Of a stretch of DNA of 64,000 nt, positions 50,277 to 59,525 are shown piece after piece (within the stretch, counting starts at the first letter, position 1; every line of letters starts with the position of its first letter). Under the pieces are notes generated by a model. It made no database searches. It was not told the origin of the DNA and worked only from the letters and a program-made list of their open reading frames with translations. The stretch covers positions 76,573 to 140,572 of the forward strand of contig CAZYDH010000001.1 of NCBI GenBank assembly GCA_964645915.1, given 5' to 3'. The DNA comes from an uncultured bacterium. Lineage in GTDB: Bacteria; Fidelibacterota; Marinisomatia; Marinisomatales; JACNKV01. The position numbers and the translations under genes are program-made.

Positions 50277-51524
50277 ATGGATGTTAATAAGCTCCATTCC
50301 TTAAAGATCAAGGAATTAACGAAGCTTGCCCAAGAATTAAATATTAAAGGATATTCAGGGCTGAACAAGCAGGCACTGATTATGCGAATTATTCAGGAAC
50401 GAGAGGACAAAGACAGCTCTTTATACGCCAAAGGTGTACTCGAAGTGATGTCTGACGGATATGGATTTCTCCGAAGTGCAGATTTCAATTATCTTCCCGG
50501 ACCGGATGACATTTATGTCAGCCCTTCCCAAATTAAACGACTTGGCTTAAGAACGGGTCATTCAGTGTACGGTCAAATTCGACCTCCAAAAGCAAAAGAG
50601 CGGTTTTATGCTTTATTAAAAACAGAAATGGTAAATGATCGCCCTGTTGAGGAAATGAAAAATGCCATTATGTTTGATAATTTTACTCCACTCCACCCTG
50701 AAGAAAAATTCAACCTTGACACAGATCCGAAAAATATGTCTATGCGAATCATGGACTTGATCTCTCCTCTTGGTAAAGGACAGAGGGGGATGATCGTCGC
50801 CCAACCGAAAACAGGGAAGACAGTCCTTTTGCAAAAAATTGCAAATGCGATTCGAAAAAATCATCCTGAAACAAAGATGCTTATCTTATTGATCGATGAA
50901 CGTCCGGAAGAAGTAACCGACATGAAACGAAATGTAGATGCAGAAGTTGTCAGCTCAACATTTGATGAAGCGCCGGAACGTCACGTTGCCGTGACAGACA
51001 TGGTTCTGCAAAAAGCAAAACGCATGGTAGAATATGGTGAGGATGTTGTAATCCTTTTGGATAGTTTGACTCGTCTGGGGCGTGCACACAACGCTGTCAT
51101 ACCACATAGCGGAAAAATCCTTTCAGGAGGTGTAGACTCCAATGCCTTGAAAAAACCAAAACAGTTTTTTGGCGCAGCAAGGAACACCGAAGAAGGTGGA
51201 AGTCTTACAATCGTTGCAACGGCATTGGTAGATACGGGAAGTCGGATGGATGATGTGATTTTTGAAGAATTTAAAGGAACGGGAAATATGGAATTGGTCT
51301 TAGATCGAAAATTAAGTGATCGGCGACTTTTCCCTGCCTTCGATCTGATACGTTCCGGGACCAGAAAAGAAGAACTTTTACTCTCAAAATTAGGAACCGG
51401 AAGAATGTGGATTTTACGGAAACTCTTAAACGAGATGAACACGGTAGAAGCAATGGAATTCATATTGGATAAGATGAGACGAACAAAATCAAATGAAGAA
51501 TTTTTAAATACAATGGGAAGATAA
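50277..51524 (+). CDS. rho: transcription termination factor Rho
   Basis: 415 aa. N-terminal [15 protein letters not shown], the CSD-like RNA-binding domain [14 protein letters not shown], Walker [12 protein letters not shown], and LIDERPEEV. Confidence 0.96.
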   Translation: MDVNKLHSLKIKELTKLAQELNIKGYSGLNKQALIMRIIQEREDKDSSLYAKGVLEVMSDGYGFLRSADFNYLPGPDDIYVSPSQIKRLGLRTGHSVYGQIRPPKAKERFYALLKTEMVNDRPVEEMKNAIMFDNFTPLHPEEKFNLDTDPKNMSMRIMDLISPLGKGQRGMIVAQPKTGKTVLLQKIANAIRKNHPETKMLILLIDERPEEVTDMKRNVDAEVVSSTFDEAPERHVAVTDMVLQKAKRMVEYGEDVVILLDSLTRLGRAHNAVIPHSGKILSGGVDSNALKKPKQFFGAARNTEEGGSLTIVATALVDTGSRMDDVIFEEFKGTGNMELVLDRKLSDRRLFPAFDLIRSGTRKEELLLSKLGTGRMWILRKLLNEMNTVEAMEFILDKMRRTKSNEEFLNTMGR

Positions 51525-51626
51525 TTACTCCATATATTTAACGACTGGTGTAGATAATAAATAATTTGTTGGGAAGATAATTACTTCCTATATTTAATGA
51601 CTGGTGTAGATAATAAATAATTTGTT
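51515..51626. repeat. 56-bp tandem direct duplication (2 units, 53/56 identical) spanning the rho stop codon
   Basis: Unit 1 is 51515-51570 and unit 2 is 51571-51626. Both begin GGGAAGATAA, the last 10 nt of rho including its TAA. Mismatches are at unit positions 16, 18 and 28. Confidence 0.9.
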
Positions 51627-51638
51627 TATGAGGTATAT

Positions 51639-52661
51639 ATGAATGAACAGGTATCACCTATTATAGAAGAAAGAGTGATAAAAACTGTAATCGTAAAAGT
51701 CATTACGGATAAACCGGTGAGAAAAACACCTTATCAGGTGAAGGGTGTTTTTATCAGCCATTTCCCTGATGAGGATATTGTTCCGTTATTGGATGGAAGA
51801 TACAGGGAGCATTTTTTGTATCCCCGTGTTCAAGTCAAGATCCTTAACGAGCAAATATATATCGTGGGTGTGAATGAAGGTGTAGAACCGGTTTTATCAT
51901 TGGCACAAAAATTTGATGTCTTAGATTTTGGGAATATCACTTTTCAGGTAATGGACGTTGATGTCGAAGAAATCATGGATAGGTTTAAACCCGTTGATCG
52001 GTTGATTCGATATCGGTTTATAACTCCTTGGGTTGCTCTAAATCAAACAACCGGAAGTCGGTATCGCTTCTTAAATAATACAGAACGGGTTACATATCTA
52101 AATCGTTTGCTAGGGCAGAACATAGTTTTTCTTGCAAGAGAGATGGGAATTGACATAGAGGATAAGATTTATACAAAATTAGCCTTAACCTCCCTTTTCC
52201 CGAAACCGGTAGATGAAAACAACTGGGGTGCTTTTTATGGCGAATTCCGTACGAATTTTATTCTGCCGAATTATATCGGTGTTGGAAATGGAATTACGCG
52301 CGGATATGGAACGATCTATGGACTGGTTAATCCAGAAGTCTTCAGTTTTGATGAAGAAACACTCAAGAAAAGTGTGAAAAAAGAAAAACCGGAAGAAATA
52401 AAAGAAACAGACAAAGGACTGGAATCTGTTGGGGTTGAAGAAGTCCCAACTCCTAAAAAACGGATCTTTTTCCAGAGAAAAAAAGAGAGCAGTCGTAAGA
52501 TGTTTGCGGAGGAGTTTGATGTGGAAGAGCAGCCACTACCGTCTGAGAAAAAGCGGAAATCGCCTGCAAAAATCACACGGAAGAAAAAGAAAAAAGATGT
52601 GGAAACAGACGAAGATAAATTCAACAGCCCTGAATTTCATCAAAAGCAACACAGTATATAA
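51639..52661 (+). CDS. Cas6-like RAMP-fold protein with lysine-rich C-terminal tail (orphan, no CRISPR context)
   Basis: 340 aa. The first ~225 aa show a Cas6-like pattern: the N-terminus KTPYQVKGVFISHF...YPRVQVKIL and a glycine-rich loop, YIGVGNGITRGYGTIYG (52278-52316), matching G-h-G-x(4,5)-G-[FY]-G. The last ~105 aa are Lys/Glu-rich low complexity (KKSVKKEKPEEIKE...KKRKSPAKITRKKKKKD). Confidence 0.45.
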   Translation: MNEQVSPIIEERVIKTVIVKVITDKPVRKTPYQVKGVFISHFPDEDIVPLLDGRYREHFLYPRVQVKILNEQIYIVGVNEGVEPVLSLAQKFDVLDFGNITFQVMDVDVEEIMDRFKPVDRLIRYRFITPWVALNQTTGSRYRFLNNTERVTYLNRLLGQNIVFLAREMGIDIEDKIYTKLALTSLFPKPVDENNWGAFYGEFRTNFILPNYIGVGNGITRGYGTIYGLVNPEVFSFDEETLKKSVKKEKPEEIKETDKGLESVGVEEVPTPKKRIFFQRKKESSRKMFAEEFDVEEQPLPSEKKRKSPAKITRKKKKKDVETDEDKFNSPEFHQKQHSI

Positions 52662-52679
52662 TTCGATTCCGAACTAAAT

Positions 52680-52710
52680 AAAAAAGCCTCGAAACCCGAG
52701 GCTTTTTTTA
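52680..52710. terminator. bidirectional intrinsic terminator
   Basis: An A-run, then the hairpin AGCCTCG-AAACC-CGAGGCT (52685-52703), then a T-run. It lies between convergent genes. Confidence 0.85.
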
Positions 52711-52738
52711 TTAACAAAAGATTAAACAACTAAAAAGG

Positions 52739-54391
52739 TTATTTCGACAACCTTTTTGGTCCGGCTGAGATAACGTCATCCGGAACTCCGGCAGAAAACA
52801 ATTTGAAGTTTTCAACATACCGTGAGACCAATGCATCATATTTTTGCCAATATTCATCTTTATCTCCCCAGGCATTGGAAGGCTCAAAAACATCTTCTGG
52901 AACCCCAGGACAAGAAAGAGGAATATCAAAACCAAAGAGTTTATCTTTACGATATTTAACTTTATCTAACTCTCCATCCAAGGCAGCATTTAACATGTTG
53001 CGTGTATGACGGATACTAATCCGTTTCCCTACACCAAATTTTCCACCGACCCACCCTGTGTTTACCAACCAAACATTCGCACCGGAATTTTCTGTTTTCT
53101 TTCGAAGAAGATCCGCATAGAAAAATGGATGGTGTACCATGAACGGCGCACCAAAACATGGACTGAAAGTGATTTCAGGTTCAATACCTAAGCCCATTTC
53201 CGTTCCGGCAATTTTGGAGGTGTATCCGCTGATAAAATGATAGATCATTTGCTCCATGTTCAACTTAGCAATCGGTGGCATAACTCCCTGAGCATCACAG
53301 GTAAGAAAAATGATGTTGTTCGGTTGAGAACGCACTATTTTATCCTGAACTGCATTCGGAATGAATTCCAGAGGATAGGATAGACGCGTATTCTCAGTGA
53401 ATCGTTCATCATCGAGATCGATATGACGAGAAGTTGTATCAAAGACAACATTCTCTAAAATCGTTCCAAACTTTCGTGTGCAGGCGTGAATTTCAGGTTC
53501 AGCTTCGGCAGAAAGGCGAATAGCTTTCGCGTAGCACCCACCTTCATAGTTGAATACCGCTTCGTCACTCCATCCGTGTTCATCGTCCCCAATCAGAGAC
53601 CGGCTTGGATCGGCAGACAGAGTCGTTTTCCCCGTTCCGCTTAATCCGAAGAACAATGCGACATCGTTCTTTTTACCAACATTTGCTGAACAGTGCATAG
53701 ACATAACATCTTTTAATGGCATGAGATAATTCATGACAGTAAATGCAGTCTTTTTGATCTCACCTGCATAGTGGGTATTGGCTACTATCGCAAGACGTTT
53801 CGATAAGTCCACGGAAATAGCCGTTTCACTATTTGTTCCATCAATACGCGGATCGACCTTAAAAGATGGAGACGCAATAATCGTAAACTCCGGAATAAAG
53901 GACTTATGTTTATCCAGTTTTTCATCACCAATAAACATATTTCGGGCAAACATGCTCTGCCAAGCAGTATCCGTAATGATACGAATCGCCATCCGATGTT
54001 CAGGATCGGCACCAACATACATATCCTGTACAAAGAGTTCTTCTCCTTGTAGAAAGGCTTGTAATCTAGTGTAAAGATTATTGAACTTTTCTACGCTCAT
54101 CGGACGATTATATTCGCCCCAATTGATCTTGTCTTCAGTCGAAGGTTCGCGAACAAAATATTTTTCGTTTGCTGCACGGGCGGTCCATTTTCCGGTATTG
54201 ACCAAAAAAGCACCACCGTATGTGAGTTTTCCTTCGTTTCTGAATATGGCTTCTTCATAGAGTGCCGGTTTGGGTAAATTCCAAAACACACGCTCCAGAT
54301 GAACCAACCCATGATTTTTTAATCCATAATCACTTTTCAGATCCTTAGCCTGTTTTTGAGCAGGCGATTCAAATTTTAAATACTTGCTCAT
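52739..54391 (-). CDS. pckA: phosphoenolpyruvate carboxykinase (ATP)
   Basis: 550 aa. Kinase-1a loop FFGLSGTGKTTLS, plus IGDDEHGW and NTGWVGG. Confidence 0.95.
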   Translation of the reverse strand: MSKYLKFESPAQKQAKDLKSDYGLKNHGLVHLERVFWNLPKPALYEEAIFRNEGKLTYGGAFLVNTGKWTARAANEKYFVREPSTEDKINWGEYNRPMSVEKFNNLYTRLQAFLQGEELFVQDMYVGADPEHRMAIRIITDTAWQSMFARNMFIGDEKLDKHKSFIPEFTIIASPSFKVDPRIDGTNSETAISVDLSKRLAIVANTHYAGEIKKTAFTVMNYLMPLKDVMSMHCSANVGKKNDVALFFGLSGTGKTTLSADPSRSLIGDDEHGWSDEAVFNYEGGCYAKAIRLSAEAEPEIHACTRKFGTILENVVFDTTSRHIDLDDERFTENTRLSYPLEFIPNAVQDKIVRSQPNNIIFLTCDAQGVMPPIAKLNMEQMIYHFISGYTSKIAGTEMGLGIEPEITFSPCFGAPFMVHHPFFYADLLRKKTENSGANVWLVNTGWVGGKFGVGKRISIRHTRNMLNAALDGELDKVKYRKDKLFGFDIPLSCPGVPEDVFEPSNAWGDKDEYWQKYDALVSRYVENFKLFSAGVPDDVISAGPKRLSK

Positions 54392-55605
54392 ACCCAGTCC
54401 CTCACTAATTTACGTTCACCAATATAAAGTTCATTCGGTGAGTTTGGATCTAATGCCCATTTAATCCGCTCTATCCCTGCGGTAATATCTTTAATCGTTC
54501 CACAGGTAGAAAGGCGTAAAAATCCGTCCAAACCAAATTCAACACCCGGCATGGTGGCAACCCGAACTTTTTCCAACAGGAAATTGGCAAGTTCAGTAGA
54601 GTTTTTATTATATTTTCTGAAATCAACGAATGTATAAAATGCTCCATCCGGTTTATATGCTTTCACTCCCTCAAATGCATTGAGTTGCTCCATCATGACA
54701 TTTCGGTTGTTCTCCAGTGTCAGTCTCAAAGATTCTACACAGGACTGGACCCCGTTAATAGCACCGACAGTGGCACGTTGCATCAACACGGGTGGACCGG
54801 AGGTCTGATGCCCTTGAATATTGGTCATGACTTCGATCAGTTTTGTGTTCGCAACCGCCCAGCCGATACGAAATCCTGTCATTGCGTATTGTTTGGAGAC
54901 GCTGTTCACAAGAATCAATTTGGAGTTATTCGAAAAGTCCGAAGCATAATCATAACAGGAAATGGTTTTTCTACCGTCAAAGATCAGTCGATGATAGATC
55001 TCATCCATGATCAGGTAAATACCTTTTTTCTCGCAATATTGTACAATATCTGAAATGAAATCTTCAGAGTACATCGCACCGGTTGGATTGTTCGGACTGT
55101 TGATAATGATCGCTTTTGTGTACGAAGTAACATTTTGTTCAATGTCTTTCATACGTGGATAAAAGGAACCATCTTCAGATAAAACAGGAACCGGAACAGC
55201 CCCACAGAGTTTGACCATCTCTGGATAACTCACCCAATACGGCGCAGGGAAGATAACTTCATCTTGTGGATCAAGAATCGCCTGAAGTACAACCATGATC
55301 GCTTGTTTAGCGCCACTAGATGCAATCACATTTTCCGGTTCAACTTTTCGATTGTAGAATTCTTCCGTATAGCGAATGATCGCTTGTTTTAATGGAATGA
55401 TCCCATCGGCAGGTGTATAGCGTATTTCACCGGAATTCAACAATCCGGAAACAGCTGTGATCGCGTCGATGGGAGCTTTTGTTTTTGGTTCTCCTCCGCC
55501 GAGATGAATAAGGGGTTCTCCCTTTGCGCGAAGGATGGCGGCAACCTCATTCAGCTTCAGGGTCGCTGATTCACCGATTGACCGCCCAATTAGGCTTATA
55601 CTCAT
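54388..55605 (-). CDS. class I/II pyridoxal-phosphate-dependent aminotransferase (aspartate aminotransferase-like)
   Basis: Contains INSPNNPTG and the PLP-lysine motif SVSKQYAMTGFRIGW. The ATG at 55605 is preferred over the TTG at 55623. A 4-nt overlap links it to pckA. Confidence 0.88.
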   Translation of the reverse strand: MSISLIGRSIGESATLKLNEVAAILRAKGEPLIHLGGGEPKTKAPIDAITAVSGLLNSGEIRYTPADGIIPLKQAIIRYTEEFYNRKVEPENVIASSGAKQAIMVVLQAILDPQDEVIFPAPYWVSYPEMVKLCGAVPVPVLSEDGSFYPRMKDIEQNVTSYTKAIIINSPNNPTGAMYSEDFISDIVQYCEKKGIYLIMDEIYHRLIFDGRKTISCYDYASDFSNNSKLILVNSVSKQYAMTGFRIGWAVANTKLIEVMTNIQGHQTSGPPVLMQRATVGAINGVQSCVESLRLTLENNRNVMMEQLNAFEGVKAYKPDGAFYTFVDFRKYNKNSTELANFLLEKVRVATMPGVEFGLDGFLRLSTCGTIKDITAGIERIKWALDPNSPNELYIGERKLVRDWV

Positions 55606-55921
55606 AATGATACCTTTTAACAATTAGTCTTGTTAAAAATCGCCGGAAATTTTCAAATGCACATCTGCAAAATGAAAATATTTTCCACGGCATGTGTCTT
55701 AGAAATTAGGGAGTTATTTCTATCGAAATGAAGTGATTTTCAACAGAATTTTAAATCTATTAATTTTGCCAAGTTATAGAGAATAATAACTCTTAAATTT
55801 ATTAGAAAAGAATCAATTTAAGAGAAAAACCATTCCTTATAGTGGCACATTTGATGGGAATTATCTTTCTTGTTCTTCCAATACAGTTAATCTATATTTC
55901 CCGTCTTAATTTGGAGATAAT

Positions 55922-56707
55922 ATGAAAGAATGGGTTCTAATATTAGGATGTTCCACCGGACATGGTGGAGCAACAGCAAAGCGTTTAGCCGAAGACGGTT
56001 ACGGTATTCTTGGGTTTCATTTCGATCGAAGTGAAGTCAGGAAAAAAGCGTTGGCATTCAAAGAAAAACTTGAAGAAATTAATGGCGGACGGGTTCACTT
56101 TTGGAATGTGAACGCAGCTTCAATCGAAACGATGGATGAATACATTCCGAAGATCAAAGAGATCATTGGAGATTCAACATTAAAGCTGTTACTTCATTCA
56201 ATTGCATTTGGTACAACAATGGATCTGCTTGGTGAAAAACATGTGACAAGAAAGCAGATGGACATGACCCTTCATGTAATGGGGACCTCACTTTTATATT
56301 GGACACAAAAACTCCACGACTCCGGAATGTTGGGTGAAGGCTCACGTGTAATGGGATTCACGAGCGAAGGGAATTATGTTGCAATGGAAGGATATGGTCC
56401 GGTGTCCGTTGCTAAAGTCGCGATGGAAGCGATCATCCGTCAGATCGGATGGGAACTTGGACGGTTTGGGATCACAGCAAACTGTATTCAAGCAGGTGTA
56501 ACACCCACACGTGCGTTGACAAAAATATCTGATCGATGGGAAGATTGGGTGGAGCGTACGGAATACCGTAATCCAATGCGGCGCACAACAACACCCGAAG
56601 ATGTTGCCGGGACTGTCTCTTTGCTTTTAAGAAAGGAAGCAGACTTTATTAACTGCTCAACAATTTATTGCGACGGTGGCGAGCATCGATCCGGAAGAAT
56701 TTATTAA
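55922..56707 (+). CDS. SDR-fold enoyl-reductase-like oxidoreductase (FabI/FabL-type Y-x6-K)
   Basis: 261 aa. The nucleotide-binding N-terminus is LILGCSTGHGGATAKRL. The catalytic spacing YGPVSVAK is Y-x6-K, as in FabI/FabL, rather than the classical YxxxK. Confidence 0.6.
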   Translation: MKEWVLILGCSTGHGGATAKRLAEDGYGILGFHFDRSEVRKKALAFKEKLEEINGGRVHFWNVNAASIETMDEYIPKIKEIIGDSTLKLLLHSIAFGTTMDLLGEKHVTRKQMDMTLHVMGTSLLYWTQKLHDSGMLGEGSRVMGFTSEGNYVAMEGYGPVSVAKVAMEAIIRQIGWELGRFGITANCIQAGVTPTRALTKISDRWEDWVERTEYRNPMRRTTTPEDVAGTVSLLLRKEADFINCSTIYCDGGEHRSGRIY

Positions 56708-56716
56708 GCTCTCGGT

Positions 56717-57340
56717 TTATTTTCCGTGAACTAAAAAACCTCCATAATGCCCGATAACGGAAATAATTCCTAAAGAGATTACTTGGGCAATGATGTAAAA
56801 ACCATAGGTAAACGACAATCCGGGTTCAGCAATGGTTCTTAATCCTACTGCAAGAGTTAACATTATAAAAAGAACAAATGATAGTCGGATCTTTTTTGTA
56901 ATGATAGTATAGGTTCGGCCACGGTATTTCCGTTTCCAATCGATTAAACCGGTGAAAAAAGTCGCCAATCCACCCGCAAAAGAGATTAGCAACAACCAAT
57001 AACCGATCCATTCAAATTCTGCGGCTTTAAGGGTCCATTCACAGGATGCATATGCACAAAATAAGAATGCGATGAGATGGGCAAGAAAAGCCAGCGGTAA
57101 AAGTCCGATTGAAAAATGTGTTGCAATAGTATGAAGGCGAAACATCGGTTGGGGACGTTTAATCTCAACATTGTGTACGATCGGAATTTTATGTCCGTTC
57201 GAATCAGCAACCTCTAACACAGCACCGCAAACCGGGCAGACCACCAATCCGTTTTCATCCACATCATGCATGTGGAGCTCCAAATGGCAGATCGGACAAA
57301 CGAACCGGTTTTTTCTAGCTTGGAGTTTACGTTTTCTCAT
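56717..57340 (-). CDS. DUF2231-like membrane protein with N-terminal CxxC...CxxC zinc ribbon
   Basis: 207 aa. Contains CPICHLELHMHDVDENGLVVCPVCG, then four TM helices starting RLHTIATHFSIGLLPLAFLAH and ending IGHYGGFLVHGK. ATGA overlap with the ACAD gene. Confidence 0.6.
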   Translation of the reverse strand: MRKRKLQARKNRFVCPICHLELHMHDVDENGLVVCPVCGAVLEVADSNGHKIPIVHNVEIKRPQPMFRLHTIATHFSIGLLPLAFLAHLIAFLFCAYASCEWTLKAAEFEWIGYWLLLISFAGGLATFFTGLIDWKRKYRGRTYTIITKKIRLSFVLFIMLTLAVGLRTIAEPGLSFTYGFYIIAQVISLGIISVIGHYGGFLVHGK

Positions 57341-58476
57341 CTTCCCCTCATCAAACTTGCAACGATGATCGTACGCTGGATCTCGCTGGTCCCTTCATAA
57401 ATTTGAAAGATCTTTGCGTCTCGCATGAGTTTTTCCATTGGGACTTCCATTGAGTAACCGTATCCACCCATAACTTGTACCGCATCGATAGTCGCTTTCA
57501 TACAATAATCTGCCGCATAGGCTTTTGCCATTGCAGATTCTTTTGTGTTTGGAAGTCCTTGGTCATATAACCATGCAGATTTCCAGGTCAGCAATCTAGC
57601 AGTTTCTACATGCATTGCAATGTCAGCCAATTTAAAACTGACACCTTGGTATTTAATGATCTTTTTATTAAAACATTTTCTGCGTTTTGCATAGGTCGTG
57701 GCATGCTCTAGAGCTGCTCGAGCTACACCTACGGCTGCGGCTGCAACTAATGGACGAGAATAATCAAACGTTTTCATCGCAATTTTAAAACCGTCACCTT
57801 CTTTCCACAGGATGTTTTCCGCAGGGACATGAACATCTTCAAAAGCTACGCGCACCGTATTTGATGCATGTTGACCTAAGTTTTCTTCTTTGGGTCCACG
57901 AACAATTCCGGGAGAGTCTGCATCAACAATAAATCCGGTGGGACCGTTTTCTGTTCTTGCAAGGACAAAATACCAGTTGGCAACACCTCCGCCCGTGATC
58001 CACCATTTTAGACCGTTGATCACAAAGGTATTGTCATTGATCTTTGTTGCAGTTGTTGAAAGTCGAGAGACGTCGGACCCTGCATCGGGTTCGGTAACCG
58101 CATAGGATGCGAACATTGGTTTTTCAGTCATTGGTTGTAAGAATTGACGTTTTTGTTCGTCACTTCCTGCGACAAGGAGAGGTCCTTGTGCCAACGAATT
58201 TGCATCAAGCGCAATTCCAATTCCACTACAGGCTGCCGATATTTCTTCAGCAATAATGCAGGTTTCTATACTTCCGCGCCCGGGGCCACCAAATTCTGCA
58301 GGAATATGAGAATTTAAGAATCCTTCTTTCCAAGCTTGTTTTGCAATTTCGTATGGAAATTCCCCTGTGCGATCATGTTCAGCTGCGCCCGGAGCTACAA
58401 CATCCTTTGCAAATTGACGTACCCGTAATTGTAATTCTTGTTGTTCTTTTGTTAAACTAAAATCAATCATTGTCAT
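57337..58476 (-). CDS. acyl-CoA dehydrogenase (short/medium-chain type)
   Basis: 379 aa. Contains YAVTEPDAGSD, WITGGGVANWYFVLAR and the C-terminal catalytic-base region IYEGTSEIQR. Confidence 0.92.
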   Translation of the reverse strand: MTMIDFSLTKEQQELQLRVRQFAKDVVAPGAAEHDRTGEFPYEIAKQAWKEGFLNSHIPAEFGGPGRGSIETCIIAEEISAACSGIGIALDANSLAQGPLLVAGSDEQKRQFLQPMTEKPMFASYAVTEPDAGSDVSRLSTTATKINDNTFVINGLKWWITGGGVANWYFVLARTENGPTGFIVDADSPGIVRGPKEENLGQHASNTVRVAFEDVHVPAENILWKEGDGFKIAMKTFDYSRPLVAAAAVGVARAALEHATTYAKRRKCFNKKIIKYQGVSFKLADIAMHVETARLLTWKSAWLYDQGLPNTKESAMAKAYAADYCMKATIDAVQVMGGYGYSMEVPMEKLMRDAKIFQIYEGTSEIQRTIIVASLMRGR

Positions 58477-58963
58477 CTACCTCTTTAAGTGTTTGAAGGG
58501 TTTGAGAAAGAATATCGTAATCCGGTTGGTTTTCTTCATTTTTGGTGTAGGATAGTTTTCCACCGTATCTACCTTGAGTAGAGATCAAACCAATCACCAT
58601 GATCCAAACGACCAAGATCGGCTGAACAACCCAGATAGAGAGGTTGATTATTCCAGGGAAAGGTGTTGGTTGTAAAATAGTTGGAAGAGTCGTAGCTAAA
58701 CTGATAACCAACAATACAGAAAAGATCAACTTTCGCTTGAAAGAAGGAAACCAGTTTGCGTGTTTCTTATTACGTTCCAAAATTCCGGTGGCTATCGAAA
58801 TAAGAGATGTAATAAGAGAGACGGTTACTAAAAACACAACCGCTGTTTTATAAACCGGATTACCTTTGAACAAAAATAACGCATGGGTAATCGCTGCCAA
58901 TGGAATAGTTGCACAAGGTGCGTGTACTACCATTGAATGTAAATGGAGTTTGTTTTTCATCAT
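58463..58963 (-). CDS. DUF2231-like membrane protein
   Basis: 166 aa. The N-terminus is LHSMVVHAPCATIPLAAITHALF (compare the HP..VHFPIAL pattern). It has four TM helices and the C-terminus is GRYGGKLSY. It overlaps the ACAD start by 14 nt. Confidence 0.6.
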   Translation of the reverse strand: MMKNKLHLHSMVVHAPCATIPLAAITHALFLFKGNPVYKTAVVFLVTVSLITSLISIATGILERNKKHANWFPSFKRKLIFSVLLVISLATTLPTILQPTPFPGIINLSIWVVQPILVVWIMVIGLISTQGRYGGKLSYTKNEENQPDYDILSQTLQTLKEVDDND

Positions 58964-59022
58964 TTTAAAAGGGTTTAAGTGTTAAGGTTAGCGAAAGAAA
59001 GATACAAAGGAAAGAATGAAAC

Positions 59023-59409
59023 TCAAGATTCGGGAGGTAGAGAATTCAGTAATATCCGTTTATGGATAAGTTCCAATAAATCATAATGCTCTTGAGTTGG
59101 CTGAAGATCAAAACAAATTTTTGCTTCTTTTAATGCAGCATCCCACCAGCCTTTTTTTGTATAAACGATTGCCATATGATAATGAGCATTACCTAAAAGA
59201 AGGAACTGCTCACGGGTCATTGTTTGATGATTAGCAGGGGATAGACGAATCACTTCGCGGAATTCAAGCACTGCATCATTCCATAATCCTTTTTGTGCGT
59301 ACCATTTTCCCAATTCAAGATGCCGACCGGGATTATCATTACAGCCAACAATAAAAAACAGTAATGGCAGAACGAGGAACAGAGGCTTGATTTGTCTTTT
59401 GATTTTCAT
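59023..59409 (-). CDS. small TPR-like lipoprotein
   Basis: 128 aa with a lipobox (LLFFIVGCNDN). TPR-like helices (GKWYAQKGLWNDAVLEFREVIRL, GNAHYHMAIVYTKKGWWDAALKEAKICFDL). Confidence 0.6.
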   Translation of the reverse strand: MKIKRQIKPLFLVLPLLFFIVGCNDNPGRHLELGKWYAQKGLWNDAVLEFREVIRLSPANHQTMTREQFLLLGNAHYHMAIVYTKKGWWDAALKEAKICFDLQPTQEHYDLLELIHKRILLNSLPPES

Positions 59410-59525
59410 TAGAAGCTGTACAGAAGTTTCATTAATTCACTGTCTTAATGCAAGTAAAAGATTGTGCTAAGATCAAAGGATTTTATTGAAGTATATGAGT
59501 CAAAAAAAAGAAAGATTATTTTTTG

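Noticed and set aside
51515-51626. Possible miniature CRISPR array next to the Cas6-like gene
   Set aside because: There are only two units and they are directly adjacent with no spacer. The units are 56 nt long and include the rho stop codon. This is a tandem duplication, not a repeat-spacer array.
52316-52624. 102-aa minus-strand ORF opposite the lysine-rich tail of the Cas6-like gene
   Set aside because: It is the complement of an AAG/AAA/GAA-rich stretch and gives a poly-Phe/Ser translation (FFFFFRVIF). It is an artefact of low-complexity sequence.
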